Positions 51,808-63,900 of a stretch of 64,000 bases of DNA are shown here, piece by piece. Position 1 is the stretch's first letter. Every line of letters starts with the position of its first letter. The notes beneath the pieces were generated by a model. It had not been told where the DNA came from. It made no database searches and worked only from the letters and a program-made list of their open reading frames with translations. This DNA comes from Felis catus (taxonomy: Eukaryota): positions 70,806,001 to 70,870,000 of the forward strand of contig NC_058368.1 of assembly GCF_018350175.1 (NCBI RefSeq), read 5' to 3'. Position numbers and translations under genes: made by a program.

Positions 51808-52027
51808 GGCAACAAAAATTCTTAAGAGATACCAAATCTGGCTTTTTTAGGCAAAAAGGGATTTATTGGAAGGATGTGGGCACATTCACAAAATTGGTGG
51901 GAAGGCAGCCCCAGGCATCTTGGCATTAGCACCACTCTTTCGTGTTGTCCCAGCTCAGACAGCCAAATGGATGTACCGCCAGCATGTTCAATCTTTAACT
52001 CTGTTCAAGATGTTAACTGTTGGGGGC

Positions 52028-52253
52028 AGGGGCACCTGGGTGGCTCAGTCAGTTAAGCATCTGACTCTTGATTTGGCTCAGGTCATGATCTCATCGTTCG
52101 TGAGATTGAACCCCTTGTCGGGCTCTGCGCTGACAGTGCAGAGCCTGCTTAGGATTTTCTCTCTCTCCCTTTCTCTCTCCTCCTCCCCTGCTTGTGCACA
52201 CAAACACTTGCGCTCTTTCTCTCTCAAATAAACATTTAAAAAAGAAAAAAAAA
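52028..52253 (+). mobile_element. Can-SINE
   Basis: SINEC body; TSD AAGATGTTAACTGT. Confidence 0.9.
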
Positions 52254-53212
52254 AGATGTTAACTGTGGGGATGATGTGTTTGGTCTAAATTGGTCTACCC
52301 TTTGGCTCTGGGAGAACTATGCATCTTGATAATAATTTTGGAAGACCACAAGTTGTGCGTAGGATGAAGGAATTCCTTAAGAGGTGGGTGGACTTGGGGG
52401 CAGTCAGTAACCAATACGTGTTCACACAGGACTGAATATTCCGTTTCTAGCACTCAAGCACCCTGACTGGCCTGTCTGATGTGACTTGCTAGGGATTTGA
52501 GCAAGACTTTCTACCCAAATAAGAAGGAAGTGCTCTATAAAAGTACAGATATCCCAGGGAAGAGATGATAACACAGCCCCTGCTATTCACCAAAAGTGTG
52601 ACCTGTGGCTGCAGGGTTCACAATAGGCACAGAGTAGGCTGAAGTGGGAAAGGTCGGTGTGCGTGCCAGCAGTACTAGTTACCCTGCTCAGTGGTGTCAT
52701 GGCCCTGTACCACTTGTGGTAGAACCATGCAGAGGCCTCTGTGTGAGAATGGTTGGCTTCTTAGCTAGTCTCTGGGGGTGAGGGTGCCCCTGAAGGTTAT
52801 TTCTCCTTATAAGTCAAATCGAAACAATGGATACCACTCTCCCAAGTGGAAAGGGCTGTGTCAGCCAAGTGTAGGAGGAGTTGCAGTGATGGGCTGGGAG
52901 AGACATGATGAGCAAGTGGCAATAAAAGAATATTTCCACGATGAGTAGGCTTTGAACATTCATAGTAGAATGGGTGTGACACTGGGGAGGCAAGATGGTG
53001 CTCAGTGTGCTGAGAAGACAAGCCCAGTTGAAGGCAAGAATTTGTGTTGGGGTGGCGGGAAATGAGATTGGAAAGTTGTGTTTGGATCAGATTGTGGAGA
53101 GCCTGGACTTCTAGGCTAAGGATTTTGGACCTCACTTTCTAGGCAAGTAGGAGTGCCTGTAGATTTCAGAATGGGAGTATGGTGATAGATGTTTTTAAAA
53201 GAGTAGAGTTAA

Positions 53213-53405
53213 GGGGCGCCTGACTTCGGCTCAGGTCATGATCTCGCGGTCCGTGGGGTCTAGCCCTGCGTCAGGCTCTGTGCTGACAGCTCAGAGCCTG
53301 GAGCCTGCTTCAGATTCTGTGTCTCCCTCTCTCTGACCCTCCCCCGTTCATGCTCTGTCTTTCCCTGTCTCAAAAATAAATAAACGTTAAAAAAAAAATT
53401 TTTTT
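53213..53405 (+). mobile_element. SINEC_Fc with an internal head deletion
   Basis: ggggcgcctg joined directly to acttcggctcagg; TSD TTTTAAAAGAGTA(G/A)AGT. Confidence 0.88.
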
Positions 53406-53645
53406 TTAAAAGAGTAAAGTAATTGGCCACAGAGGAGTCACTGTCATGAGGCTGATAACCTAGGGACAAAGATGGCTATCTGAAAAAAAAAAAAACAAAA
53501 AACTTTGGGAGAGAGCATCTAGGATTCTAGACTTAAAGTTACTTGGTTGTACCTCCAGGGCAACTATCTGTGTCTCACTTTACGCATCTGGTGGTAATGG
53601 CACCATTATTGTTATGACCACATGAAATAATGATGTTTCATTTTA

Positions 53646-53859
53646 TTTTTTTTTTAACGTTTTTATTTATTTTTGGGACAGAGAGAGACAGAGCATGAAC
53701 GGGGGAGGGGCAGAGAGAGAGGGAGACACAGAATCGGAAACAGGCTCCAGGCTCCGAGCCATCAGCCCAGAGCCTGACGCGGGGCTCGAACTCACAGACC
53801 GCGAGATCGTGACCTGGCTGAAGTCGGACGCTTAACCGACTGCGCCACCCAGGCGCCCC
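53646..53859 (-). mobile_element. Very young SINEC_Fc
   Basis: Perfect TSD TGATGTTTCATTTTA at 53631-53645 and 53860-53874. Confidence 0.95.
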
Positions 53860-54002
53860 TGATGTTTCATTTTAAAATGTCTCCTTAATCACATACATCT
53901 GTTTGGAAATTTAAACTACTACACAAGAAGCTGTTATGATTATTTTCTCCTTGGCTTTCCATTTGTCCTCCAGTTTTTTTTTTCTTTTTTCCTCCTTGCT
54001 AG

Positions 54003-54220
54003 TTTTTTTTTTTTTTTTAATGTTTACTTATTTATTTTGAGAGTCTTAGAGCGTGAGCAGAGGAGGGGCAGAGAGAGCGAGAGGGAGAGAATCCCAAGCA
54101 GGCTCCACACTGCCAACACAGAGCCCAATGCTGGGCTCAGTCTCACAAACCATGAGATCATGACCTGAGCTGAAATCAAGAATCAGGTGCTTAACCAACT
54201 GAGCCACCCAAGTGTCCCCC
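54003..54220 (-). mobile_element. Can-SINE
   Basis: Antisense body; TSD CCTTGCTAGTTTTT. Confidence 0.9.
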
Positions 54221-54399
54221 TTGCTAGTTTTTCTTAACCTTCCCTTATACTTAGGAATTTCATAGTGGTCCATATGTCCTAGTGGACCAACTGTATAATT
54301 TTGGTTTATTCTTCTCAAAATTAGACTGATTCAAGTGCTAATATGCTAGGCACAGTGATCTAGGTACCCATTTCAAACACGTAGGGTAACTGAGATAAA

Positions 54400-54760
54400 T
54401 GTTGGGTACAGGTTTGGATGTTGTAACAAAAAGGCCCCCAAATACAGTGCCATTATCAAAGACACTTTATCTCTCACTTTAAGTGTAGGTTGGTGGCCGA
54501 GGGTGTATAGGATGGCTCTGGGAGGACCCAGGTTCCTTTCATCTTGTGGATCGTCCACCCTCAGCATCTTATCTAGGAAGGCTGCTCTGACCTGGCCTGT
54601 GACACAGGGAACCCGGAGGATGTGCTCTTCTTTTATGGACGTTTCATACTTCTGGTCACCCTGACCGTACCCTGTCAACCAGAACTTTGTCTCATGAATA
54701 CACCCAGACACAGGAGAGGCTGGGAAATGTCACTGTTAGCTGTGCATCCATGAATTTCAC
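54400..54760. mobile_element. Old MaLR LTR fragment (MLT1J/K-like)
   Basis: ggacccaggttcctttcatcttgtgg...ggaggctgggaaatgtcact. Confidence 0.5.
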
Positions 54761-55649
54761 CCTGGGTCTGTCCTGGTGGGCAGACGGTACTACTGTAGCA
54801 GTTACACCCCAGATCTGAGGTGGTGGCTAAAGGGTGAGGTGTGCTGGGAAGTGAAACACTGAGTTTGGATGTGCAAGTTGGCATGTCCACACACATACAG
54901 GACTGAACCAGGGCACAAAGAGGAAGGATTGGTTGGTGCTTGAGGCCTGGGGCCTCAGACCTTCACTTGAGCCCTGAGGCCCACATATGGAGGGGTGGGC
55001 CTGTTCAGCCAAATCTTCAGCTCTCCAGTCTTTTCTTGCCCACAGTATTATCGTGCTTCCATTGTCACCATAGTCTTGCTTTATATCAAGGTCTCCAAAG
55101 CAATCACATCAGAACAGTGACTGAAAGTGTATAGAACACAGAGCCTCTGGCCTCAAAGCCAGGAGTGAGCCACATTGAGACAAGTCAGATTGTCTTAATT
55201 TTAAAATTAAGTAGTATTTTAACAAAACTTAGATGTCTGCCCAACTCCAGAACCTGTGTTCTTGAGCATTAAGCTGTGCGTTTTGCGTGCACGAGGGAAA
55301 TGTGAACCGTGCTGTACACTTCTTACAGTGGAGTTCCCATGGTGATGCACACCGCCATCATCTCTTGGTGATCCCTCTCCTTTCTTTCTGTCATTCAATG
55401 AGTATACATTGAGCTCCCCTCCAAGGCTGGTGCAAAACTTTGTGACTACATCATTTCATTTAACTCTGGTTGGGACAGGTGTTGTGATCCTGTTGCATAT
55501 TGGATGAGCACATGGGCCAGAGAGTTAAGAATCTTAGTAGGATCACATGGTGATGCTTGGCAGAACCAGGATTCAGGCCCAGACCCACTCTGAAGCCCAT
55601 TCTTTCCATGCAGCGACTCAACTGTCTTAAGCACTCCTCTCCCTGCCAG

Positions 55650-55675
55650 ACTGAAGTAGATCTTAAATGTTCTCA

Positions 55676-55721
<46 letters not shown>

Positions 55722-55860
55722 TAATTATGTGAACTGATGGATGTTACCTAATGTTATTGTGGTAATTATTTTGCAATGTTATGTATATCAAATCATTACG
55801 TTGTATATCTTAAATTTTCACAATAATGTATGTCAATTATATCTCAGTAAAGCAGGGTTG
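55650..55860 (+). mobile_element. L1M 3' end with (CA)n
   Basis: agtagatcttaaatgttctcac...tatatcaaatcattacgttgtatatcttaaa...tgtcaattatatctcagtaaagc. Confidence 0.8.
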
Positions 55861-56449
55861 GGGAAAGAATTCAGAGGAGTATGGCGGGTGCTGCAGTGCT
55901 GCATCTTGTTGCTGTCACTGTAGCTGTGCTCTTTCAGGTGTCTGCACACCAAGTGCAACTCAGAATGAAGCCGGGACAGTGGCTTCTAGTGGGTGGGACA
56001 GGCACGTGGGTCAGTCAGCTCTGGGCATCTGTCCTCCCTTATGGGCCACCACACTCACGTGAGTACTTCAGGATGCCGCCTCAGATGGCTGGAGAGGTGC
56101 TTCAAGGTATGCTTGAAATATTAACCACTGTGCTTGTTTTACTAGGATTAATATCAGCATAATTATCTCTCATTATTATTCATAATTCACGGTTCCTAAA
56201 TCCATTTTGCCTCTTGGGCCCTGGCATAATGTGGAGAGGGGAACGTCCTCTCATCCCAGTAATGACACACTGTGGGTCCCTGCTCCATGGAACTTACAAT
56301 CAAAGTCAGTATTTGAAGAATGGAAACTGTCGGCCTCGCTTCTACCGTCTGTTGTCAGTTTGTTAGGGGCCCTCTCTGGATGTCAGGCAACAGGGATGGT
56401 CTCATGGGATGAAAATGAATACCATCTCTGTTCCATTGGACATGACTTT

Positions 56450-56940
56450 TTACAGAGCATATCCGCACAGATGATCTCATTGCATTTTCAGCAACCTATT
56501 CTGAGGTAGACAAGCAGATAACATAGCCCTATCTTACAGTCAGACAAACTGATGCTCTGACATGACATCCTTCCCCAAGGTCACATAGCTAGGGAACACT
56601 CACTACATGGCAGCCCTTGTCCTACATATCCAAGGACTGACCCTGTTAGCCCCAAACACCTTCTTTAACTGTTAAATGCTTTAAGTGTCCATGTTTTCAT
56701 ACAGAGGAGAAAGATGCTTTTGTGGAGGCAACCCAGGCTGGAGCCAGACTCCCACACTTGATCCCAGCACTGCCACTGTTGTGAGCTGGCTTTACCTCTG
56801 TAGCCTGGTTGCCCTATCTGAAATGTGGATGATAGTATCTACCTAAAGACTTTTTGTGAGGATTTGGTGAGATAAAATTGAAAGAGCTTAGAACAGGTGT
56901 GAGCTTAGAACAGTGTGATGTAACCATTTACTTTTGTTAC
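56450..56940. mobile_element. MIR fragments
   Basis: cctatcttacag...aaactga...ccccaaggtcacatagct; ctatctgaaatgtggatgatagtatctacc...gtgaggatt. Confidence 0.6.
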
Positions 56941-57757
56941 TAAAGTGAAAAGGGAGGGGAGAAGGAGTGAGACAGGTAACAGGAAAATCAGTCTCCATTA
57001 CCACTGCGTAAGACACTAATGTGCCAGGGCTGGCTTTGACTAAGCTCTCTGAGTCACCATGTACCCTGGCACAGGACTCTGCAGCACTGTCTGTGGAGCA
57101 TGTAGGTACCCCCCCCCCCAACATCCCTGCTCACTCTCAGAGCTGTTCACCCTCCTCTCAGTGACCCCTTCTCAGAGCAGGGGAAAATGATGAAATGAGT
57201 CCTCTTGTCTCCCCAGGTCACTGGGAACAAGCCTTCACCTTTCTGAGTCACTTCAGTTGGAAAGTGAGAGTTGGAGTAGGTACTTTTCAGGTGTAACAGA
57301 CTACCTACCTCTTGTTTTCTACCTCTCAGTACCTACGGAGGAATATTGATGCCCAGTCATAGAGCTAATTATCTGCCCCCTAAAGCTTAACATCCTGACA
57401 CGGATGTAGATAGTAGGGCTCCCTATGTGTTTAGTCTGGTCCTTCAGGTGTGGTCATAACAACTTCTTATGTAGAAAGTGCTTCTGCACATGGCTTGGAG
57501 GCAGCCCTCGTTGAGAACACCTGTGATACACTTTGCTTCTGGGAGACCCACCCCAACCTTTGGGATCATCCCTCTTATCGTTTTGTTTTCGGAGGCATTT
57601 TGTATTTTTGGTTCATTTGGTAATTAGGACAGAAAAGCTACAATTATTGGATGGGAGCATTGGGAGTACTGAATGAGCCAAAATGGGGTGGAGATATGCA
57701 GTAAGGAGCCACAGACCATAGCATAGGATGGAGTTTCCAGGTGTAGCTAGACCAGAG

Positions 57758-57788
57758 TGCAGTTCTAGGCAGACCACTAGATGGCACT
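57758..57788 (+). promoter_or_regulatory. CTCF binding site (core plus upstream module)
   Basis: Core CCACTAGATGGCAC at 57774-57787 fits CCASYAGRKGGCRS with no mismatch. The upstream TGCAGTTC at 57758-57765 sits at the canonical spacing. Confidence 0.7.
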
Positions 57789-58179
57789 CAGACATTAGCA
57801 TTAGGACCAGTTCCTGACATTTTCCACTTTGGGTTTTTGTAGAATCTCTCTAGGGAGTAGCCAAAGCTTTGTATCTGTCATCTCCATCCATCCATTCATC
57901 CCACTAACCTCTTTGGCTCTTCTACAGATAGGTAGATATGCCTGCCTCTCTCTCTACCCCCCCCCCCCCCCGTCTCTATCTCTCTCATCCCCTCAATTTA
58001 GTGACCTTAAAAACCTGCCAAAAATACCTTCAGAGGCTCCCACTTTTTCAGTGCTTTATTTTTACTGTTTTTCTAAGCAGATGTTTTCATGGCAGTAAAT
58101 TCATTTTCAGAGTAGGGAGCAGGGAAACTTATTTCTCTCTTCAGTCATTCTGAGGGTATCTTCAATAAAAGGAATATAA

Positions 58180-60931
58180 ATCAAAGGGAAAGATTATTTT
58201 AAAAAAATTGATAAATTTTAAAAAATATTTCCAGGGGCACCTGCATGGCTCAGTTGGTTGAGTGTCTGACTCCTTTTTTTTTTTTTTAATGTTTTATTTA
58301 TTTTTGAGAGAGAGCAAGAGCATAAGTGTGGGAGGCGCAGAGAGAAAAGGAGACAGGATCTAAAGCAGTCTCTGTGCTGACAGCAGCGAGTCTGATGTGG
58401 GGCTTGAACTCAGGAACTGTGAGATCATGAATTGAGCTGAAGTCAGATGCTCAACCAGCTGAGCCACCTAGGTATCCCTGAGTGTCTGACTCTTGATTTT
58501 GGCTCAGGTCATGGTCTCACAGTTTGTGGGATTGAGCCCCACATCAGGCTCTGTGATGACAGCTTAGAGCCTGCTTAGGATTCTCTCCCTCCCCCCACTT
58601 CTCTGCCCCTCCCCCATTCTCTTTCTCAAAATAAATAAACTTTTTTTTAATTAAAAAATATTTCCATTCAAAATTATGGATTACTAACTTGCAATGAAAT
58701 AAAAAATGACTTAAGATTAATGAGGTGTTTGGTTTTTTTTACCAAATTATTTCCTATTAGAGGATTTTCCATAAAGCAGAGTCAAATGCAGGATGTCTTA
58801 TTACATACTACTGGGTATAGGAGGGAGAAGGGATAGGCAGGAAATCACAGTTGATATTATTATCTTTATCAGGATGCATGTTGTATAAAAGCAAAACCCC
58901 ATCTTAAATTTATAATCTGATATTTCAGAGGAATTTAAAAATTAATTTTTCAGTATCAACTGAAATGGGTTCTGCTCCTGCCTGGTGCCGTTCTCTCTCA
59001 GCTGGGTGGGCATGTCGGGGAGCTGTTCAGAGCATACATGCAGACGTGCTTCATCTGCGCACTTCTTAGCGGAGATAACAGTGTGCCGAGCCCCACTGCT
59101 AAGGTTAACCTGTATGCTGCAGAAGGACAACAGATGGAAATTCTGGTTTGCAGCCACTGCAGAAAAATAAAAACATGTTCCAAAGGGAAAAGGATCTTGT
59201 ATTTCTGCGTTTGAACCTTTGATCTGCATTCACATCTGAAGGGAAGCCTAGACCTTTTGGTGGAGACACATGGCTTTGCATCTGTGAAAACACAGCTGTA
59301 TATAGCAAAACAAAACTAGTGGAAAATACAATGGTTTTGCTGTGTCAGGCTAGCTGCTAATGCTCAAATTCTATATAAATATTGTCTTTTGATAGTTCTT
59401 GCAAAAACCCTTCTTGACTTTCTATCTAATTGTTTAGGAAAGTTTTATTCTTTTAAATTCAGATTTTGAGGTCTTTAGGAATAAGGTCCATGCATCTCTT
59501 TCGTCTTTTCTATTAAAAAGGTAGCAAAATAAATGGCTTATAGTTAAATTGTAATAACATTACTTAAATTCCTACCTAATTGGGGGGTGATGGGAAAAAA
59601 TTAAACCCTTAAAAAAAAAGGAAAGATTAAGGTAAAGTTCTGAGTTGATTTTTGATCCTGAAAATCTTTTATTTTTCCAAGATAATACTGTATGTGTTTT
59701 GTGCCGCAGGTTATATTCTGAAAGCCCTCTTAGGCATTCTTGAAATTTAGCTGCTTGGTTTTGAGCAATTAAGATTTGTTTTTGAGTGAATTAGTAGCTC
59801 TCCTCTCCTCCTTCTTTAAATAGTCCTCTTCAGCTAGTTTCTTTATCAGTGTTTCCCAGTAATGTAAGCCAAGTTTGTTTCATTGGGAGGCATTTGCCTT
59901 GAACCTCCATGTTTCCTCTCGGTCCCAGACACAGAGCCCAAGTCTGTGTGCCTGCCTTATCCTGCCCCATTCGGTGGCTTCCTACTATTGAATTGGCGAC
60001 CTTTTTCCGTCCCTCCCCTTCCTGATGGAGCTCTGGCCCCTATTCGCACTCCCCACTCCCAGCAGCAGGAGTCGGGTGCAGAGAGGACGAGAGTTTGGTG
60101 TGTTAGCAGAAGGCCGCCTGTGTGTCCCCACTCTGCAGAGGTGTGCCTTCCATTTTTCTGAAAGGAGCTGAGCTAAGGCAAGGCCGTTGTGCTATCCTCC
60201 CCCCCCCCCCCAGAACACCAACATCTTCATCAGCAAGTGACTCAGGAGCTGTAAAGTGGTTTTCTTTAAGAGAGATGATTTTGTTTTTATCATTTAATAA
60301 CAACCTTGGGTGCTAATCACGCTGATGGGAAGTGCAGAGCTAGCTAACAAGTCCTTCCAAGAAGTTTCCCCTTTGAAGTGTTGGTTCCCGCCTCACCCTT
60401 CCAGGAGCGAAGAGGGGGAAAGAAAACAAGTGCGAAGATCTGAGGCCACTGAGGAATGCTGAATTGATGTCTCTCCTCAGCATCCCTGCCCCTCTCACAG
60501 CTCTCCCCTCCTTTCAACTCCCTGCCCTTTGAAACTGCAGGGTTGGGGTGGCCAGGCCCTCCAGCCAGGCCCGGTGTAGCTACAGGCCTTCTCTGACAGG
60601 CGACAGGCGGTGGGGCAGTGGCAGTGGAGAGAGGAAGAAGAGAAAAGAAGCTGGAGGAAGTCCTCATGTAGATCCTCCAGTCGGGGCTGAAGGCTTTATC
60701 CATTGTGATGAAGGAAAAACAAACAACCCCCAAACAAACAAGCCTTCACCCAACCCCAGTCCCTTCTTCACGGCTGCATTTTGTTCCTGAGACTGTGGGT
60801 GTCACTAGAACCTCTTTTTTTTTGCGATTCTAGAAAATATTGTAAAGGACTTGTCAAGCCTGTTAATTTTTCAGGCAGAACGGATCAAGCCTGCCTTTGA
60901 TGCGGCTGCTTCCTAATTTAGTATTCAAAGG
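58180..60931. promoter_or_regulatory. Cluster of TCF/LEF motifs (candidate enhancer)
   Basis: Six CCTTTGAW sites, either strand, at 58180, 59216, 60370, 60526, 60894 and 60924. Confidence 0.45.
58234..58651. mobile_element. Nested Can-SINEs (antisense 58273-58478 inside a sense copy)
   Basis: Inner TSD TGAGTGTCTGACTC at 58259-58272 and 58479-58492; outer TSD TAAAAAATATTTCCA. Confidence 0.9.
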
Positions 60932-63900
60932 TAAAGAGTCCCACCTTCTCTTCGCTCTTTACATAATTAAAGATTTTTTTCCAGTAGCAAAAAACTAGTC
61001 ATGTGTAGTATTTTTTGAAGTTAAAGATCCAACTTTTTAACATCTGCTCTTATCTCTTTCCTTAAATATAGCCAATATTTACTTTTTGCTGGTACTTAGT
61101 TGCGTATCGTTTGCCCTGTATTTTAATTTTCGACAAATGGGGTTATAAACAGCATGTTCCCCCTCTACCTCATTCCCCTAATTTAAATAAATAAATAAAT
61201 ATATATATATATATATTTATTTATATGTGAATATATTGCTGTTCTAACAAAGTGATAGTGCACCTAAAGATAAAACTCTAGAATTGTCGATTGCCCTAAT
61301 TTGTCCATTACTCTCAGATTTTATTTTATACTCCAGCATTCTAAATTCACTCAAGTGGACTTTCACATGTTTCCATCTGCTGTGTTTCATAGCAAATTGT
61401 GACCCTCAAAACCACTTTAGGGCCTTTTGTGTTCTTATCTGTGCATTTCAATACCTTCTGGGAGTGCCTTTGGTTTCACTACATATGCAAAAACCTCAGC
61501 TTGAATTTTTTTGACACCCGCTCTCCATTTGTTGGTGGAGTCCTGTTTTCCATTGTCTGGTTGTTGATGTTGGCAAAAGTCATTTGTTTAATGGTGCCAG
61601 GGTTACTGTGCCTTCTTTATTGGAATGAAATCCGAAAATATTGCTAAGTATTTAAAAAATTAATGTATGCTGTTGAAACTATTATATACTCGCCTGGTTT
61701 TGTTTTCCTATCATAAGGTGGATACTATTTTAAAGATACTAGTAATAATAGTCACTAGAAGCCAATTAAAACCACTAGGATTCTATCAAAAACCTGTTTG
61801 GCAGTATAAATAATTGATATCTGGAAATAAAGCGGCTGCTCTGTGCACGGGGCCCTTCTGTACACGACTGGGCAGTGTTAGCAATCTCTGTACGTCATGA
61901 ACCAGGGGACGATTCCTGGGCATTGTCGCCTAGGTTTTAAAAATTTGATGATAAGGCCACATGCAAACACATTTTTTAAAAACATCTTCTTTGCCTATAG
62001 AGAGGAATAGTGACATTATTTTCAGGTGTTTGAGCTTCTTAACGTAAGGGAACAAATACCCCAACTCCTCATGAGCCAGGTATGAACCAAATAAATTGGA
62101 GGCACTGTCCTGACCCATCCAGCTTTTTCAAAAAAAAGGATGTGATTAAAAAGGACATCTGAGAACAAATTTATGAAGTTGTTATGGCAACTGAAACACT
62201 CGGGCTGAAATATGTGTATCTGAAACATGAAAGATTGTAGGAAGCCGGAGAGATAAACCCGGCATCGTATTTGGGAAAGGCAATTGAACAGTGGTAGCCA
62301 AATGTTATTTCTTCGTCGGTCATCATTCAGAGTTCCTGCCTTGATTTCCACTTGTAAAAATGTGTGGTGATTGATGCTTCCCCAGAGTGTGTCACCCAAA
62401 GTCGTCATGCCTTGAACCCGCGTTTGCTCATTGGTCATTTGACCTGTTGAGAACTCACTCTTGTGTTGTGTTCAACGCGGAGATTGCATTTTGAGTTGTC
62501 TCAGCGTTTGCCCATGAGTTTACACTTCCGTGTTCTCACATTAATGTCCTGGTTCGTGAGTAGCCTCCACAGTGTTTTCATTCACCATCTCCCCTAACCC
62601 TAGGCCACCACCGGTCACCGATAAACAGCTGCACTCAAAGGAGTCAAAAGATTTAAATATCTCCTAGAATTCCCTGCTCTCTTCTGTAAGCTGTATATCC
62701 CTTCTACATAATTTGATTCCACCTTAATTTCTCATGCTTTTAATTTTTCACTCCAGTGCTAGCAAGAGCATTAAGTAACTGTTGTTTTAAATCACAGGCA
62801 AGGATGTTTAAAATTAACACCTACAAATTTGCATTATAGTGTGTTAGAAAATCAGTACTTTAAGCCATATCCCAAATGCTTCAAGTTTTTCCATTCGTTT
62901 CCGATATAGTGTCCAGAAAATTGTTTTTAAGCTGTTATTAAAAATTCTTTGTAATACATATTTTTGGTTTTACATGAAAATATAGTTAGGTGTCAATTAT
63001 AGTAATTTTAGTAGATTATCCTATAAGAAATATGCTATTTTAATTGAAAAGAGTTTGACATCAAAAATACATTTACACCAAAAATTCAAATTAAAATTTC
63101 TTCTTTATAAAAATTGTTGAATGTCAGTTATTGGTTATTTGGTCACCTTGATTTTAAGCATAGTACTTTTTACTTTGAATAATCTTAATTCTTAAAATTA
63201 AGCTAAGTAAAGCAAAGGAGAAAAAAAAGCAAAATAAAATTTAGAAAATTTTCTTTTTCTTAAGTCATGAATTGGAACTTTTTACTCTTGCTAAAATTAC
63301 TTAGTATTTTAGTTGGATGTGAGGGTATAATACAAAAACTTTCCTTATATAATGGAGTGTTTTCTTCTTTCTTTACAGACTGAGCTCAAAATGTTATTCT
63401 ATTGCAAAATTAAGTGCTGTTAATCTGCCAGACTAATTATTCATTTTAAATATTTAAACCTGTGCATTTGTTTTTAATCCCTTTTTGCATATGTACATGG
63501 AAGTAAAACTATTTTGATATGATTTCCTTATTTTGAAAATTCACAGATCAAAGATGATGTCAAAATAAAAAAGAATGTTTCAAGAGTATTAAACGTAAGA
63601 ATTTGGGGGTATTTGCACATGATTTACAGTAATAGATTTCCTTTTTCCTTTCTTTAGTCTTTCAGTTTTAAGGATTAAAAAAAGTATGATTTTGATGTTT
63701 CCAAAGTGGATACTATTTTATTTCAGGTGGATCGTTTAATAGTTTGTTGATGTTTTCAAGGTCTCTAAACAAAGTCTGATGTGTTAACAGTCTTATTAAC
63801 GATGTTAAAATAGAATTAACAGCTTGTGGATGCCTCCAGAGCACAATAGCCTGTCAACCTTGCCTGCCCCCTTATAAATTGTACCCCTGCTGTCTTCCCT

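Noticed and set aside
62022..62438. 138-aa minus-strand ORF in the CpG-retaining patch
   Set aside because: No recognisable protein similarity; it would need PhyloCSF or Ribo-seq support.
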